In this document: positions 13,334 to 25,439 of the stretch, piece after piece | Layout: the number at the start of each line of letters is the position of its first letter | How positions within the stretch are numbered: the stretch's first letter is position 1 | Assembly (NCBI GenBank): GCA_043228905.1 | Contig: JBHGNT010000020.1 | Coordinates: 1,612,001 to 1,676,000, forward strand | Length of the DNA stretch: 64,000 bases | Reading direction: 5' to 3' | Origin: Azolla caroliniana | Taxonomy: Eukaryota; Plantae; Polypodiophyta | Notes under the pieces: model-generated | Seen by the model: the letters and a program-made list of their open reading frames with translations, nothing else | Database searches by the model: none | Told to the model about the DNA's origin: nothing | Position numbers and translations under genes: made by a program

Positions 13334-15239
13334 GAAACGGCCTGCGAGGAGGCCGAGGATGGACGCGGCACGAGGAGATTGGCATTCCGATATGTGTGGA
13401 GCGTAATCCGGTCGTGGATCGTTCGATCGGGGCCGGATTCGGCATGAAAGTGCCGACACGGAAGGGGGTGCGGGACGAGCCGCCCTCTTTTACATGGGGA
13501 GAAAGACCGACCGGGCGAAGGTCGAGATTTGGAAAGGGAATGAAAGCCGGTCCTATGGGATTCCTTACGCCGACCCAGCTGCAGGTCCGAGTGCCGGCGT
13601 GAGTCCTATAAGAGAGATCGGTGGCGACAAGAGAACGGGACTCGGCAATTCGGAGAAAGACGAACGAACCCGAGCAAGAACCGGGCGGAGCGGACTCCCG
13701 GATGACCATTCCGGGAGGGAGGAAGAGAGCAGGCCTACGAAGAGGCCGAGGACACGGTATGTCGGTACCACGGGCGAGGGTGCGGAACAAAACGCCCTCT
13801 CGGCATGCGGAAAAGGACGACCCGGGACAGGGTCAGGGAGACAAAACGGCGGTCTACGGAGGATCCTTCACACCGGTTCTAGAGACTTCGGCAGTCGGCA
13901 ATGCTGTCGACGTAAGACCGAGATACTGACGGTGGCGGCGAGGTGACGAAGGCAAGGGCGGAACGGAGTCCGGTCCTACGGGATCCCCACACTTAACCAG
14001 AGACTCCGGCAGTTCGGCCAACGTGGCAACATGAGACCGAGAGAGAGAAGGTTGGTGGCGGCGGGAAACAGGACCCGACTACGCGGAAGACACGAGGAGA
14101 GTCCGGGAGGGACTCAAACAAAAGACACCCGAATTACGGCAGGCATAGAAACGGAGTCCGGTCCTATGGGACCCTCACACCGATCTGGAGACCTCGGCTG
14201 ATCGGCCAACGCGGCAACGTAAGACCGATGGAGAAGGATGGTGGCGGCAGGGAACGGGACCCGATGACACGAGGTTTCGGAAGGAGCCGGTAGGGGCAAA
14301 CATGGGGAGGTGTGTCAGGCCGGAAAGGCACACCTGGGACAGAACAAGGGTCTCGCAAGTGGCCATCGCGGGCTGGATCGAAGCGTGACTACGGGACGGT
14401 GTTCAGCGCGGGCGGGGCCGAACGAAGGAAGCGGAAGACGACACAAGGGAGGTGCCGGGAACGAGGTGACAAGTGCCTAGTGGACTGCACAGGGTCGGAG
14501 TCAGGGGATGGCAAGAGAGGCCGGAGGAGGATCCTCCACACTCGCTTCGTAGATCTCGGTAGCTCCGTCGAAGTAGCGAAGACTGACACGGCAAGCCGGG
14601 ATGACGAGCTGGTGGGGGCGAGGGGACGACGACAATCGGAAGACTCAGGACCTATCGCGGCAGCACGAAGACGGGAAGGGCCAAGCGGGCTACTACGGGG
14701 TGTTCCTCGGATGCAAAGGACACTGGTATGCGGGTGAACGGCGATGCACGATCTGGCCGGAAAGGGGGCCGACAAGGAGTGCAACACAGGCAGTGCCAAA
14801 CAACGGATGAGGGTATGCGGCACATGGAGGTGCCGGAGCGGAAAGGCGAGCGCGGAGATAGGTTGCGCGGTTCGAGCCGACGCGGCGATGTAAGACCATG
14901 GAGAAGGAAGGTGGCGGCAAGAGGACGAGGGCAACGAGAAACGACATGGGACGGCAATCAGGACGACGCAAATGATCAACGGAGGCCAAGCGGGCCACTA
15001 CGGGCATGCCTCAAGTGGAGGACATCGGGCATACGACGGGAGCGGGGTGTTCATACGACCGAACAAGGGCCAGCGGAAGTACGCGTACTACGGAGATCGC
15101 GGCAGAGGACCCATCGACGGGTCGAATGAGCTACGGGGAGGTAAGCGCGAAGGAAGAATCGAAGCCGACGGATCAAACCGGCAGCGAGCCGGGATGCGGA
15201 TCACGGAAGACCGGTTTCTCGTCGGCCGAAATCTCTCAC

Positions 15240-15673
15240 TGTTACTGGCCGGCAAAGGAGTCCAGAGTGGGAAACGGAGAGCTAATTAAGTAGTAGGAAT
15301 GTGGTTGTAATTAAGCTATGAGTGTGGACGGACGGACCGGAAACGGTATGCCGTTCCGGATCCGGACCGATCCCGAACAGGTGCGGATGGCACCGTTTTG
15401 TAATACAGACCGGGAACCTATTTAAAGGCCCGGATACAATGTAATAGTTAGCGGTTAATTAATGAAAGCTTAAGCGTTGTTATCTCTCTGTGTTAATTGC
15501 CGTTCTGTCTTAATTGTTATATCTTACGCGTGTTATGAAAGACGATCCTAATAAGTAACTTAATTAAGTCGGATTAAGCGTTGAAGTCTAATCCGGTTGC
15601 CGTAACACCCTTTGGTGAAGTGTCTCCCTTAGACACCCTGTGTTAGGCCATTGTCCGGCCCGAAGAGTTAACA
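15240..15673 (+). repeat. GyC 5' LTR
   Basis: TGTTACTGG...GTTAACA; nearly identical to 24948-25381. Confidence 0.95.
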
Positions 15674-15680
15674 CAGTTTT

Positions 15681-15690
15681 TGGCGACCAC
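15681..15690 (+). promoter_or_regulatory. PBS (probably tRNA-Arg)
   Basis: TGGCGACCAC, complementary to ...GUGGUCGCCA; only 10 nt match. Confidence 0.65.
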
Positions 15691-15726
15691 GATTCCTGTT
15701 TTTGCAGTGAACGACGGCACGGATGG

Positions 15727-18700
15727 ATGTCAAGATCAACGCATGACCTGGTTACAGATCGAACTCGACGCCTTGCCGAAAGGCAAAGGAGACGCGAGGC
15801 TTTCCAGCAAGCGGCGCAGGAAATTAGAGTGGATCGCTGGTTTTCCAACGTAATCCGGAGAGTAGCGGAGGACTCCCTTTGGTTACAACAAACATCGCAC
15901 CCGGACGACGGCAGCAGCCTAAGCAGCCTCCGGGAAACCGAATCCCTTCTCCACGCGTTGGCAAACGGAGAAGGCGAAGCAGAAGCCTTTTCAGCATATG
16001 AATCGGACTCCGAAGTGTAATACAGCGTGCACACGAACTACCGTAGCAGCAACGAAACCCCGGGCGAACCGGAGGACGAAGGATCGGATACTTTACCGAC
16101 ACCGGAACCGGAAGTGCTAACGCTGGAAACCCCGGAACCAGCAGAGGAAGAACGACCTCCAACACCGGAAGTCGAAGAGGAGAGGCCTCCGTCACCAAAG
16201 GAAGACGAAAAACAACCGACACCGGAATCAAATCGGGAAAGACCACCGACACCGGAGAAAATTCCGGAATGAGCACCAACACTACCAGCCCGCGCATCGA
16301 TACTGGACGACGACATGCCGTTCTAGTACTCCAAGTATAGAGATGATCCGGACGCGGAAGCTCATGTGCACGCCTTTGAACAGACATGGGAAGCCAACCA
16401 TGTGTCCCAGCGATTGACACCGGAGGAAGAAGAACGCTCTAAGATAGCAGAGTTTGGCGTCACATTGGAGGGACCGATAGCAAGATGGCGCCGGACGCAG
16501 GACCCGTCTACCATCAACACCTTTGCAGATTTAAAAGCTAAATTCTTGCATTTTTTTCAAAAGGAGGTGGACCAGACCGTAATGGTAGGCTTATTTTATA
16601 CCATCCGGCAAGAGGCAAGGGAGAGCATTCCCCAATTTGTCATCCGGTTTCAACGGATGCATAGTCAGCTTGCCCGTGCACCCCCGGAGGAGGAATTACA
16701 GACGATATTCCTAAACGTGCTCCGGGAACCCCTACGCACGGTTTGCACGGTAATCGACTTCCGCACAAGTACCATCGACCAGGTCATTGACCGGGTGAGA
16801 GAGATGGAAAAGACAAGCTCCTGGCTCACACTGGGAGCACTTCAACGGGCGTTACCGTCCGATGAAGACCTCCGGTTTCGGCAAGCAATACAGCACGCAC
16901 AACCTGCTTGAATTCCGGACACTCGGCTCTAGAATGCACTATGAGGACGCAATGTGTAATCTGTCAATCCAAGAGCCATACGACGGATAGGTGCGAGTAT
17001 AATCTGTTGAATCGGCAAGCACCGCCCGTCCGACAAATTGAGCCACGCAGCAACCGGGATGAAGAAGACGAACGCTGGCGGCGAATGGACCGTGACCGAC
17101 CGACACAGGATGTCTGGTATGGCGAGCGACGGGAAAATGATGTCCGGTATGGCGATCGACGGGAAAATGATGTCCGGTACGGTGATTGGCGGGATAACTA
17201 TGACTGACATGATCGGTACCAGGATTACAATAGACGATACGAACATTACGACCAGGAGCACTCCCCCGGGTATCGTCAGCAACGGGAGGAATACGGCAGA
17301 TATAACGGGCAACCCCGTCAAGAGTACCGTAATAAGAAGAGCTATAACAAAAAACGGCATTTTAAAAAAGGCGGCTACCCCCGGGATCCGGAACAAGGAG
17401 CTCCAAGTAGCCAACTGGTACAAAACCCCGCGCGTACCGTAGGACCTGCCCCGGGTACAACAGACAATGCCGAATCTAGCAATACCCGGAAGGCCTACTG
17501 CTACTACTGCCGACAAGAAGGCCATTATAGTAACCAATGCCCGGTGAAGAGCTATGAAAAACGACCGGCGGTAAATATGGTAGTCCTTGAGGTGGCGGAT
17601 CTGCAGCAGGTGCCCGGTGAAGAGCTATGAAAAACGACCGGCGGTAAATATGGTAGTCCCTGAGGTGGCGGATCTGCAACAGGTGACCACAAGGTCAAAG
17701 GGCATGGCCAAAGAATGGGAGACACAGGAGACCATCCGGAAACAAGCAACGGAATGGGTAAAGAAAGCAAACGAGCAGAATGTCATAGACTTACAACAGC
17801 AAAAGGAGAACACCGCAGGGCTTGCCGGCGGTAGTCAGTCCGAGAACGAGACATGGCAGGCGTTGCAAGAATGCCAGATTACGTTACCACTAGGAAGACT
17901 CCTACAACTCGTGCCAAGATTCACGGAAGGACTGAAGACGGCCATGACGGCAGGAGAACCATCACCGGCACCGGTACTCTTCTCGAATCCGGAGGAGGGA
18001 CCAACGGTGGTGGACACCAGTAGTCCGGTAATCACTGCCATTGTGAAAGGGAAAGAACTCCCCGGCACAGTTATAGACGGAGGCTCTGGGGTGAATGTAA
18101 TAAGCCTCCGGACGTGTGATGACCTAGGAATCCACGAGTGGGAGCCGTGTCCGTTCTGGTTGCGGATGGCCGATACAAGCTCAGTGCGGCCGATAGGATT
18201 AATATGGAAATTAGAAGTCACCGTCGGCGGTCATACATCTCACATCTCAGCCGTAGTGCTACAATTACAGGCACAAGGCGCATACCCGCTATTGCTGGGG
18301 CGGCCATGGTTGAAAACGACACATATCAAACAGAATTGGCGAAAAAATATAATTACCTTCCGGCGAGGAAAAGCCAAGGTACGGGTACCAACACAACCAA
18401 GGACGAGCACTGGCAAGGAATGTACACCGTTGTATGCGGAATGCGTCAACATGCTAGAAGGGTTAGCGGACGAAGAAGAAGCTCAATACCTGCAGGAAAA
18501 CCCGAAGATCATACCCCTCTTCGAAATTGACATTGCCGAAGCAGTAGCACCATACTTACCACAACCGGAAGAGACTGAAGCAGAACCGGATAAAGACGCA
18601 ATCCGGGAGTTACGGCAAGCGCAGGAATCGTTGGAATGGGAAATGGCCGTTTCACAGCACGTGAAAGCGTCGCAACTGGAAGAGGTGAACCTAGGCACCA

Positions 18701-21579
18701 CGGACGAAGCAAAACCGATGCACATCGCCAAGGAGATGAAGTCCGAAGACAAAACGGCGATGATAACACTTCTCACGGAATTCCGCGATGTGTTCGCCTG
18801 GTCATACGAAGATATGCGAGGACTCGACCCTCAGTTATACCAGCATCAAGTGCACTTGAGCAAGGACGCAAAACCAGTGGCACAAAGACGGTACCGGATG
18901 AATCCCAATTATGCCGCCAAAGTCAAGGAGGAAATCGACAAACTGCTAAGAGTTGGCTTTATCTGTCCGGTAAAGAAAGCGACATGGCTGAGCCCGATCG
19001 TAGTTGTACCGAAGAAGAACGGAAAAATTCAAGTTTGTGTGAACTACCGGAAACTCAATGCGGCTACGGTAACAGATGCGTTTCCACTTCCGTTCACAGA
19101 TGGAGTGTTGGATGCCGTCGCCGGCCATGAGGTCTATAGCTTCCTAGACGGATTCAGCAGGTATAATCAGATACGGATGCACCCCGACGACCAAGAGAAA
19201 ACGGCATTCGTCACCGAATGGGGGGTGTTTGTGGCCGTGGTGATGATGTTCGGACTCAAAACGGCACCGGAAACATTTCAACGAATCATCATGGAAATCT
19301 TTGGGGAATATATACCGGCTTTTATGCAGGTTTTCCTGGACGATTTCGCCGTCTATAGCCAGGAGGAGGACCATTTTCAGCACCTCCGTCTTTGTCTAGA
19401 AAAGTGTAGAGCGTACCGGCTAAGCTTGAATCCGGCAAAGTGTGTATTTGGCGTGTCCAGTGGAACTTTATTAGGACATATCGTGAGCCAGGAAGGTATT
19501 GCAGTCGACCCGGACAAAGTGAAAGCCATATTAGAAGCACCGGCACAGGCAATGGCAAAGGCATTAAGCCGGTTCTTAGGCCAGATCCGATGGCACAGCC
19601 GGATGCTCCGATACTTGGCCGACCTGGCTACATCGTTGCATGCCACCGTACATCGGACACCATTCCAGTGGACTGACAGTGAGGATAGGGCGTATATGGC
19701 CCTCAAGGTACTATTGTCGCAGGCACCGGTAGTACAACCTCCGGATTGGAGTAAAGAATTTCACGTGTTCGTGGACGCCTCCGACATCGCAATCGGAAGC
19801 GTACTGATGCAGCTTACGGAACCAAAGTGGTACCGGCCAGTGTACTATGCCAGCCGGAAGCTATTCCAAGCAGAACGGAACTACTCTACTACGGAACGGG
19901 AAGCTCTAGGAATGATCTACAGTGTGACAAAGTTTCGGCACTATTTATTGGGTAGGAAGTTTTCCTTCCATGTAGATCATTCGGCACTCCTTTACCTGGT
20001 GTCCAAGGCGTCACTCACCGGCAAATTGGCCCGGTGGACCTTATTGTTACAGGAGTTCGAGTTTGAAATATTCCACCGACCCGGTATATAGCATGCCGTA
20101 GCGGATTACTTAAGCCGATTGGAGTCTGGAGAGACGGGTGACGGAGTACTGGATGAGTTTCCAGATGCGGAGCTGTTTCGAGTCACTACGGAGACGGCAG
20201 CAGATGAGACAGTAGCCCAGGAAGACAAGTGGCTCACAAATATGCACCAGTTTCTGAGCACAGGACTGCCTCCGGAAGAGCTGAACCGGGACGAATGGAA
20301 ACGCCTGGCGGTGCAAAGCCGACATTTCTGCTTACTGCAAGACACACTGTACCACAAGGGCGCGAACGACATATGGAGACGGGCGGTGCGCAGCGATGAA
20401 AAGGAACTGATACTAAGGGAAGCCCACTGCAGAGTTGCCGGAGGTCACTATGCCGGAGATGCGACAGCCAGAAAAATATGGCAAAGTGGCCTATGGTGGC
20501 CAACGACATTAAGAGATGCGGTACGGTACGCAAAAGAATGTGACCTATGCCAGAGAATGGGCCAGCCAACGGAGCAGGCTCGTATGCCACACCAGCCGGT
20601 ACTACCACTCGAGCCATTCCAAAAGTGGGGGCTGGACTTTGTAGGACCGTTCAAGCCACCGGCAATGAGAACGGGTAATCGGTACGTTATCGTTGCTACG
20701 GATTACTGCACGAAATGGGTGGAGGCCAAAGCTTTACGGGATAACACCGCTGTGTCAACGGCAAAGTTTCTATATGAGTACATCTGGTGCCGTTACGGAT
20801 GCCCCATTGAATTGATAAGGGACCAAGGGAGGCACTTTCTCGGCCAAGTAGTGGAAAGCCTGACGACATTCTATGCCGTTGTACACAAACGGAGCACACC
20901 TTACTATCCACAGGCGAACGGTTTAGCGGAATCAACAAACAAGACGCTCCAGAATATCCTCTGGAAGATCGTCAACGAAAACCGGACGGATTGGGACACA
21001 AAGCTACATAGCGCGCTTTGGGCATACCGGACGACATACAAAACAAGCATCCGAACAACACCGTTCCGGTTGGCGTTCGGACTCGAGGCGGTCATGCCGG
21101 TAGAATTCCAAGTACCTAGCTTACGGATCCAACTACGGGAAAGGCTGAACGAGGAGTCGGAGGCAATAAGGTTGACAGCGTTGTGTGAGCTCGAGGAACA
21201 ACGACTGGCCAGCATCCTACATTTAGAATTGGAGCAACGCAGACGGGAAGCATTTGTCGACCGACACAGGAAAGGTAATGAAAAAATGTTCGCAATCGGC
21301 AAACCGGTGTTAGTATTCCAAACCCGAATGGGGAAGATGCCAGGTAAACTACGGTTTAGATGGACCGGACCATATTGGCTAACACGGGAGTATAATGGTT
21401 CCTACCAGTTAGGGACACTTGCTGGCGAAGTGCTAGGCAAATGGGTCAACGGATTCCGGTTAAAGGCATATAGAGGACCGATGCCTAAGAACCCATTTGA
21501 GCGAAGGACTGACACCAGTGAGGGAAACAACAACCACCAAGACGGCATAGAAGGCGAGCCGGTAACGGGGGGGCAGTGA
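15727..21579 (+). pseudogene. pol: GyC gag-pol (few lesions)
   Basis: ORFs 15640, 16027 and 16366 share a frame (gag with point stops); zinc knuckle CYYCRQEGHYSNQC near 17500; PR IDGGSG; RT FLDD; RH; INT HHCC and core in 20119-21579. Confidence 0.93.
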
Positions 21580-22371
21580 ATGAAACATGAATAATCATTC
21601 TCTCTCTCTCTCTCTCTTTGTCATCTCTCTTCCTCTCTCTCCCCTTAACGTTGAACCCCCTTGGGAGGGGGGTGGAGCCATTCAAGGCACCACCCCCCAC
21701 CCCACAATGCTTCTCAATGCTTGTCGTCTCTCTCACCATCGATCCCATAACGCTCAACATCCTCATTAAACACACCATCTCCATCACCAATCATCATTAC
21801 CATTAACCCTAACCCTAAAACGTACAACACCTTTTGGCGATCACGATGGCAACCCCCCTTTGAAGACGAAGTTGAAGACTACTAAGCGGCAAAGACATGA
21901 CAAAAACGAAATATGCAAGAAATCAAATGGACGACATGTAGGAAATGGTGATGGTGATTGGAAGTCATCAAGGTCAATGAATGCAACACGATGATGTTGT
22001 GCGAGAGGAAGTCTGTGCAAGAGAACCCGCAATGGAATCAACAAGAGTGCGGGAATAGCAATGACGTATGTACGAGTGTGCGGTTAACGACAACATGCGT
22101 GTGCAGAGGAAACAACACAGAAATTCCGGATAGAAGGGAGTTGGTGCCAGCATGACCTGATAGAGACGCCCACCAAGAGACTGCGGAGGAAGACGTAGTG
22201 TGTGGAGCGGAGGCCGGCATGATGTGCTGAGAATGCATGGGACCGAAATCGGAAGTGTTCACAGTCTCCAGAAGAAGCAACACGGTGAGAGTCGGAACCT
22301 GAACCAGAGTTGGTTAGAACCGAAGCGGCCGTAATGGCCGAACAACAACTGGATGATGACTGAACAGACCG

Positions 22372-23296
22372 TCAGACATGAACAACCACATGATAACCGG
22401 ATGACGACTGAAGCGGCAAGCGACGAACCTCGGCCAAAACAGACGGCCGAATAGGGCCGACAAGGCCGGCGACAGAGACATCTAGAGATGGACCGGACAG
22501 ACATGGCCGAATGAGCCAGACAGCGGAAAGTGCAGCTAGAAGGGCCGGAAACTGGTCGAAATAGTCGGACAGTGGCTGGAGCAGCCGAAGTGTCCGGAGG
22601 GCTGGAGAAGGCTGGGGAAGAAGACATGCCGCCGGGATGATGGACGGGACGCACGACTGGAAATGACGGGTCGTAAGCCAAAAAGACACGACCGAATAGC
22701 GATGAGTGGTGACCAATAGAGATGGAGAGATGGAGAAACGGTGAGTGAAGGCCGGAAAGATAGTGATGGCAGGACGGGCCGGATGGACAGGCGCCGGATA
22801 GGGATGATAGAGAAATCGGTGCCGCCAGATAGGAGCGGAAGAGCGGTCGACAACAGCCATAATGGCGACACTGATAGATATGGAGGAGAGGCCGGAAAAG
22901 CGCCGGCCGAAGAGCAACCGAAGAGCAGTCGGAGTGGCTGAACGGCGCAAGGACAAAACATGGGTGGAACAGTCATGATCGGACAAGCGACAAAGATAAG
23001 CGATGGCAACTGAAACACCGAACAATGACAGAATACAGATGACAGAGATGGAGAGAAAGGCGGTCGGGACAGCGGCCAAACAAGCCAGACAGAGCGTCGG
23101 AGAGATGGCCGTAAGGGCTAGAATGACAGATGGCGATGGAGCAGCGACTGAAGTTGCAATGGCCAGACAACAAACAATAGTGGCCAAGAATAACCAGCAA
23201 CCGGATCCAACCAGATTGCGACGGCGGAACAGGCATGGCTGTGAGAATGGCCGAAAATCCTAAAACAGCGGCGAAGGCCAAACAACCAACGGCCAT
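22372..23296 (-). pseudogene. Putative antisense hydrophobic (multi-pass membrane?) ORF in the GyC 3' region
   Basis: MAVGCLAFAAVLGFSAILTAM... (frame of ORF 22973-23524) joins the 271-aa ORF 22372-23187 through one frameshift; could be a compositional artefact. Confidence 0.4.
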
Positions 23297-23585
23297 ATAG
23301 GGGCAAACGAAGAGATAAACGACACCGTACAGGGAAACGATGAAGCAAAGAGGAAAGAGAAGCAGCGGTAGAATAAGAGAGAAAAAGAAGAAGAGAAAGA
23401 AGAAAATCGAAGAAGAGAAAGGCATGGACAGACAGACGAGAGCACGAATGACAGAGATAGAAGAAGAAAGAGAGAGGAGGAAAAGAAAGACAAGAAGTGG
23501 AGAAGAAACAACGGTTAACACCAAGGAGGGAGAAGACTACAGAAACACAAATAAGAAGGAAGAAAGAGAAGAAGACAAAAAGAAA

Positions 23586-24893
23586 ATGTGGACAACACGC
23601 GGGAGAAAATGTAAGAAGACAAAACACCTGATTGATGAAAGCTCCGTAAAATGGTGGACAAAGTGGGCGCAAAACGCGGCGGAACTCTAGTTGCTACAGG
23701 CGGATGTGGCAAACCGGCGGAAGGAAGGAGATGACTGTTATACGTTGACTTCTGAGGACTTCACCGCCATACGGGACGAGCTGGCTGACGACTTCCAAGT
23801 CCTGGCAGATGAACAGCTGGCGCAGGTCAGGCAGCTTGCAACTCAGCTGGACGATGATAGGCTGGACGCTCAAATCCAGTTTGAAAGCTACGAGCGGTCC
23901 CGGGTGTGGGAAGAAAAAGCACGGGAAGCGGCAACGGTTAACCTTAGTGATGAGGAACCGTCGCCGGCTGAGGGCCAGCCGGGAACCAGTCAACCGGAGA
24001 CCACTACGACGCAGGGAGCAACGACGGAGACGCCGGTGTCATGTTGGGATTTCGGTCCCTCCGGATGGGATGTCCCCGGAGATAAATGACGACAAGCCCG
24101 GTTGCGGTTACGGAGCCGGATGATGAAGACCCCGGTTACGGAGCCGGATGATGAAGACCCCGGTTACGGAGCCGGATGATGAAGACCCCGGTTACGGAGC
24201 CGGATGATGAAGACCCCGGTTACGGAGCCGGATGACGAATGTACCCGGAGAGAGATCCGGATGCGGGGACATATTTGAGAATATGTTTGCTAAGAGCCCT
24301 TGAGGCTATATTTGTAAATAGCCCGAAAGTCATATGTGTATAAATATGACTTAGGGCAAACAGTTTATGGTGCTACTCATTTTTCTGTCTTTCCACTCAA
24401 GAGGAGTGAAGAGAGCGCAGCCGTGAGAGAGAAAAGAGAGCAGCCGAGAGAGAGAGAGAGAGAGAGAGTGACGAAGAGGTCGTTGCCTCTGTGTATTACC
24501 GCCGCCTGTGGCGAAGACAGTGAGTTCAAGGTTGTTGCCTTGAAGCTTCACCATTGTACATCTCTGTTCATAGTGATAGTTGGAGTTTGAGGACTCCCGT
24601 GGTTTTTCCCATTTAGGGTTTTCCACGTAAAACATCCTGTGTACTCTTCTCTCTATTGTCTTCGTGTACTTTGTATTTCCTATTTTCTGTGAGTTGATTC
24701 TATTCCTCGGTTCTGGCCGAGCACCGTGAACAACATGTCAGAGCCACAAATGGAGGAGCAGCCGCAACAACCACCAACGGACATGCCGCAGCAGACAACA
24801 ACAGAGCAGCAACAACAACAACAACAACCACTTCCAGATGAACCATTGGAGCCTCTCGAACAAAGCATTTTGGACATTTTGGACGAAGAATAG
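23586..24893 (+). pseudogene. GyC extra sense ORF (~200 aa, acidic/helical with Q/P tail), interrupted by a solo LTR
   Basis: One TAG at 23688; removing 24042-24740 restores the frame ...TETPVS|EPQMEEQP...ILDILDEE*. Confidence 0.65.
24042..24735 (+). mobile_element. Solo LTR of a CopJ-related copia family
   Basis: TGTTGGGA...CAACA, TSD TGTCA; similar to 46756-47460; contains 28-bp tandem repeats at ~24103-24237. Confidence 0.93.
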
Positions 24894-24947
24894 CAAGGGT
24901 CAGTTGTGGATTCGACGTACAAGGTACTGTCCCACGGGCGTGCCATG

Positions 24948-25381
24948 TGTTACCGGCCGGCAAAGGAGTCCAGAGTGGGAAACGGAGAGCTAATTAAGTA
25001 GTAGGAATGTGGTTGTAATTAAGCTATGAGTGTGGACGGATGGACCGGAAACGGTATGCCGTTCCGGATCCGGATCGATCCCGAACAGGTGCGGATGGCA
25101 CCGTTTTGTAATACAGACCGGGAACCTATTTAAAGGCCCGGATACAATGTAATAGTTAGCAGTTAATTAATGAAAGCTTAAGCGTTGTTATCTCTCTGTG
25201 TTAATTGCCGTTCTGTCTTAATTGTTATATCTTATGCGTGTTATAAAAGACGATCCTAATAAGTAACTTAATTAAGTCGGATTAAGCGTTGAAGTCTAAT
25301 CCGGTTGCCGTAACACCCTTTGGTGAAGTGTCTCCCGTAGACACCCTGTGTTAGGCCATTGTCCGGCCCGAAGAGTTAACA
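24948..25381 (+). repeat. GyC 3' LTR
   Basis: Copy of 15240-15673, followed by TSD CTCAC. Confidence 0.95.
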
Positions 25382-25439
25382 CTCACCCTTCAACCAGATT
25401 TGGCACGTACCGGTGGATATGCAGTTAGGTGGGGGCGGA

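Larger units (their letters stand above)
15240..25381 (+). mobile_element. GyC: full-length Ty3/gypsy (non-chromovirus, Athila/Tat-like RT) with a long 3' extra region
   Basis: 434-bp LTRs at 15240-15673 and 24948-25381, TSD CTCAC, PBS TGGCGACCAC, gag-PR-RT-RH-INT. Confidence 0.95.

Noticed and set aside
13330-15293. Many overlapping 100-200 aa ORFs in GyB
   Set aside because: GC-rich repetitive sequence gives ORFs in all frames, and none has a recognisable domain.
22973-23690. Phe/Leu-rich and Lys/Glu-rich ORFs over 23330-23585
   Set aside because: Explained by GA-rich low complexity; only the flanking parts are kept as candidate ORFs.
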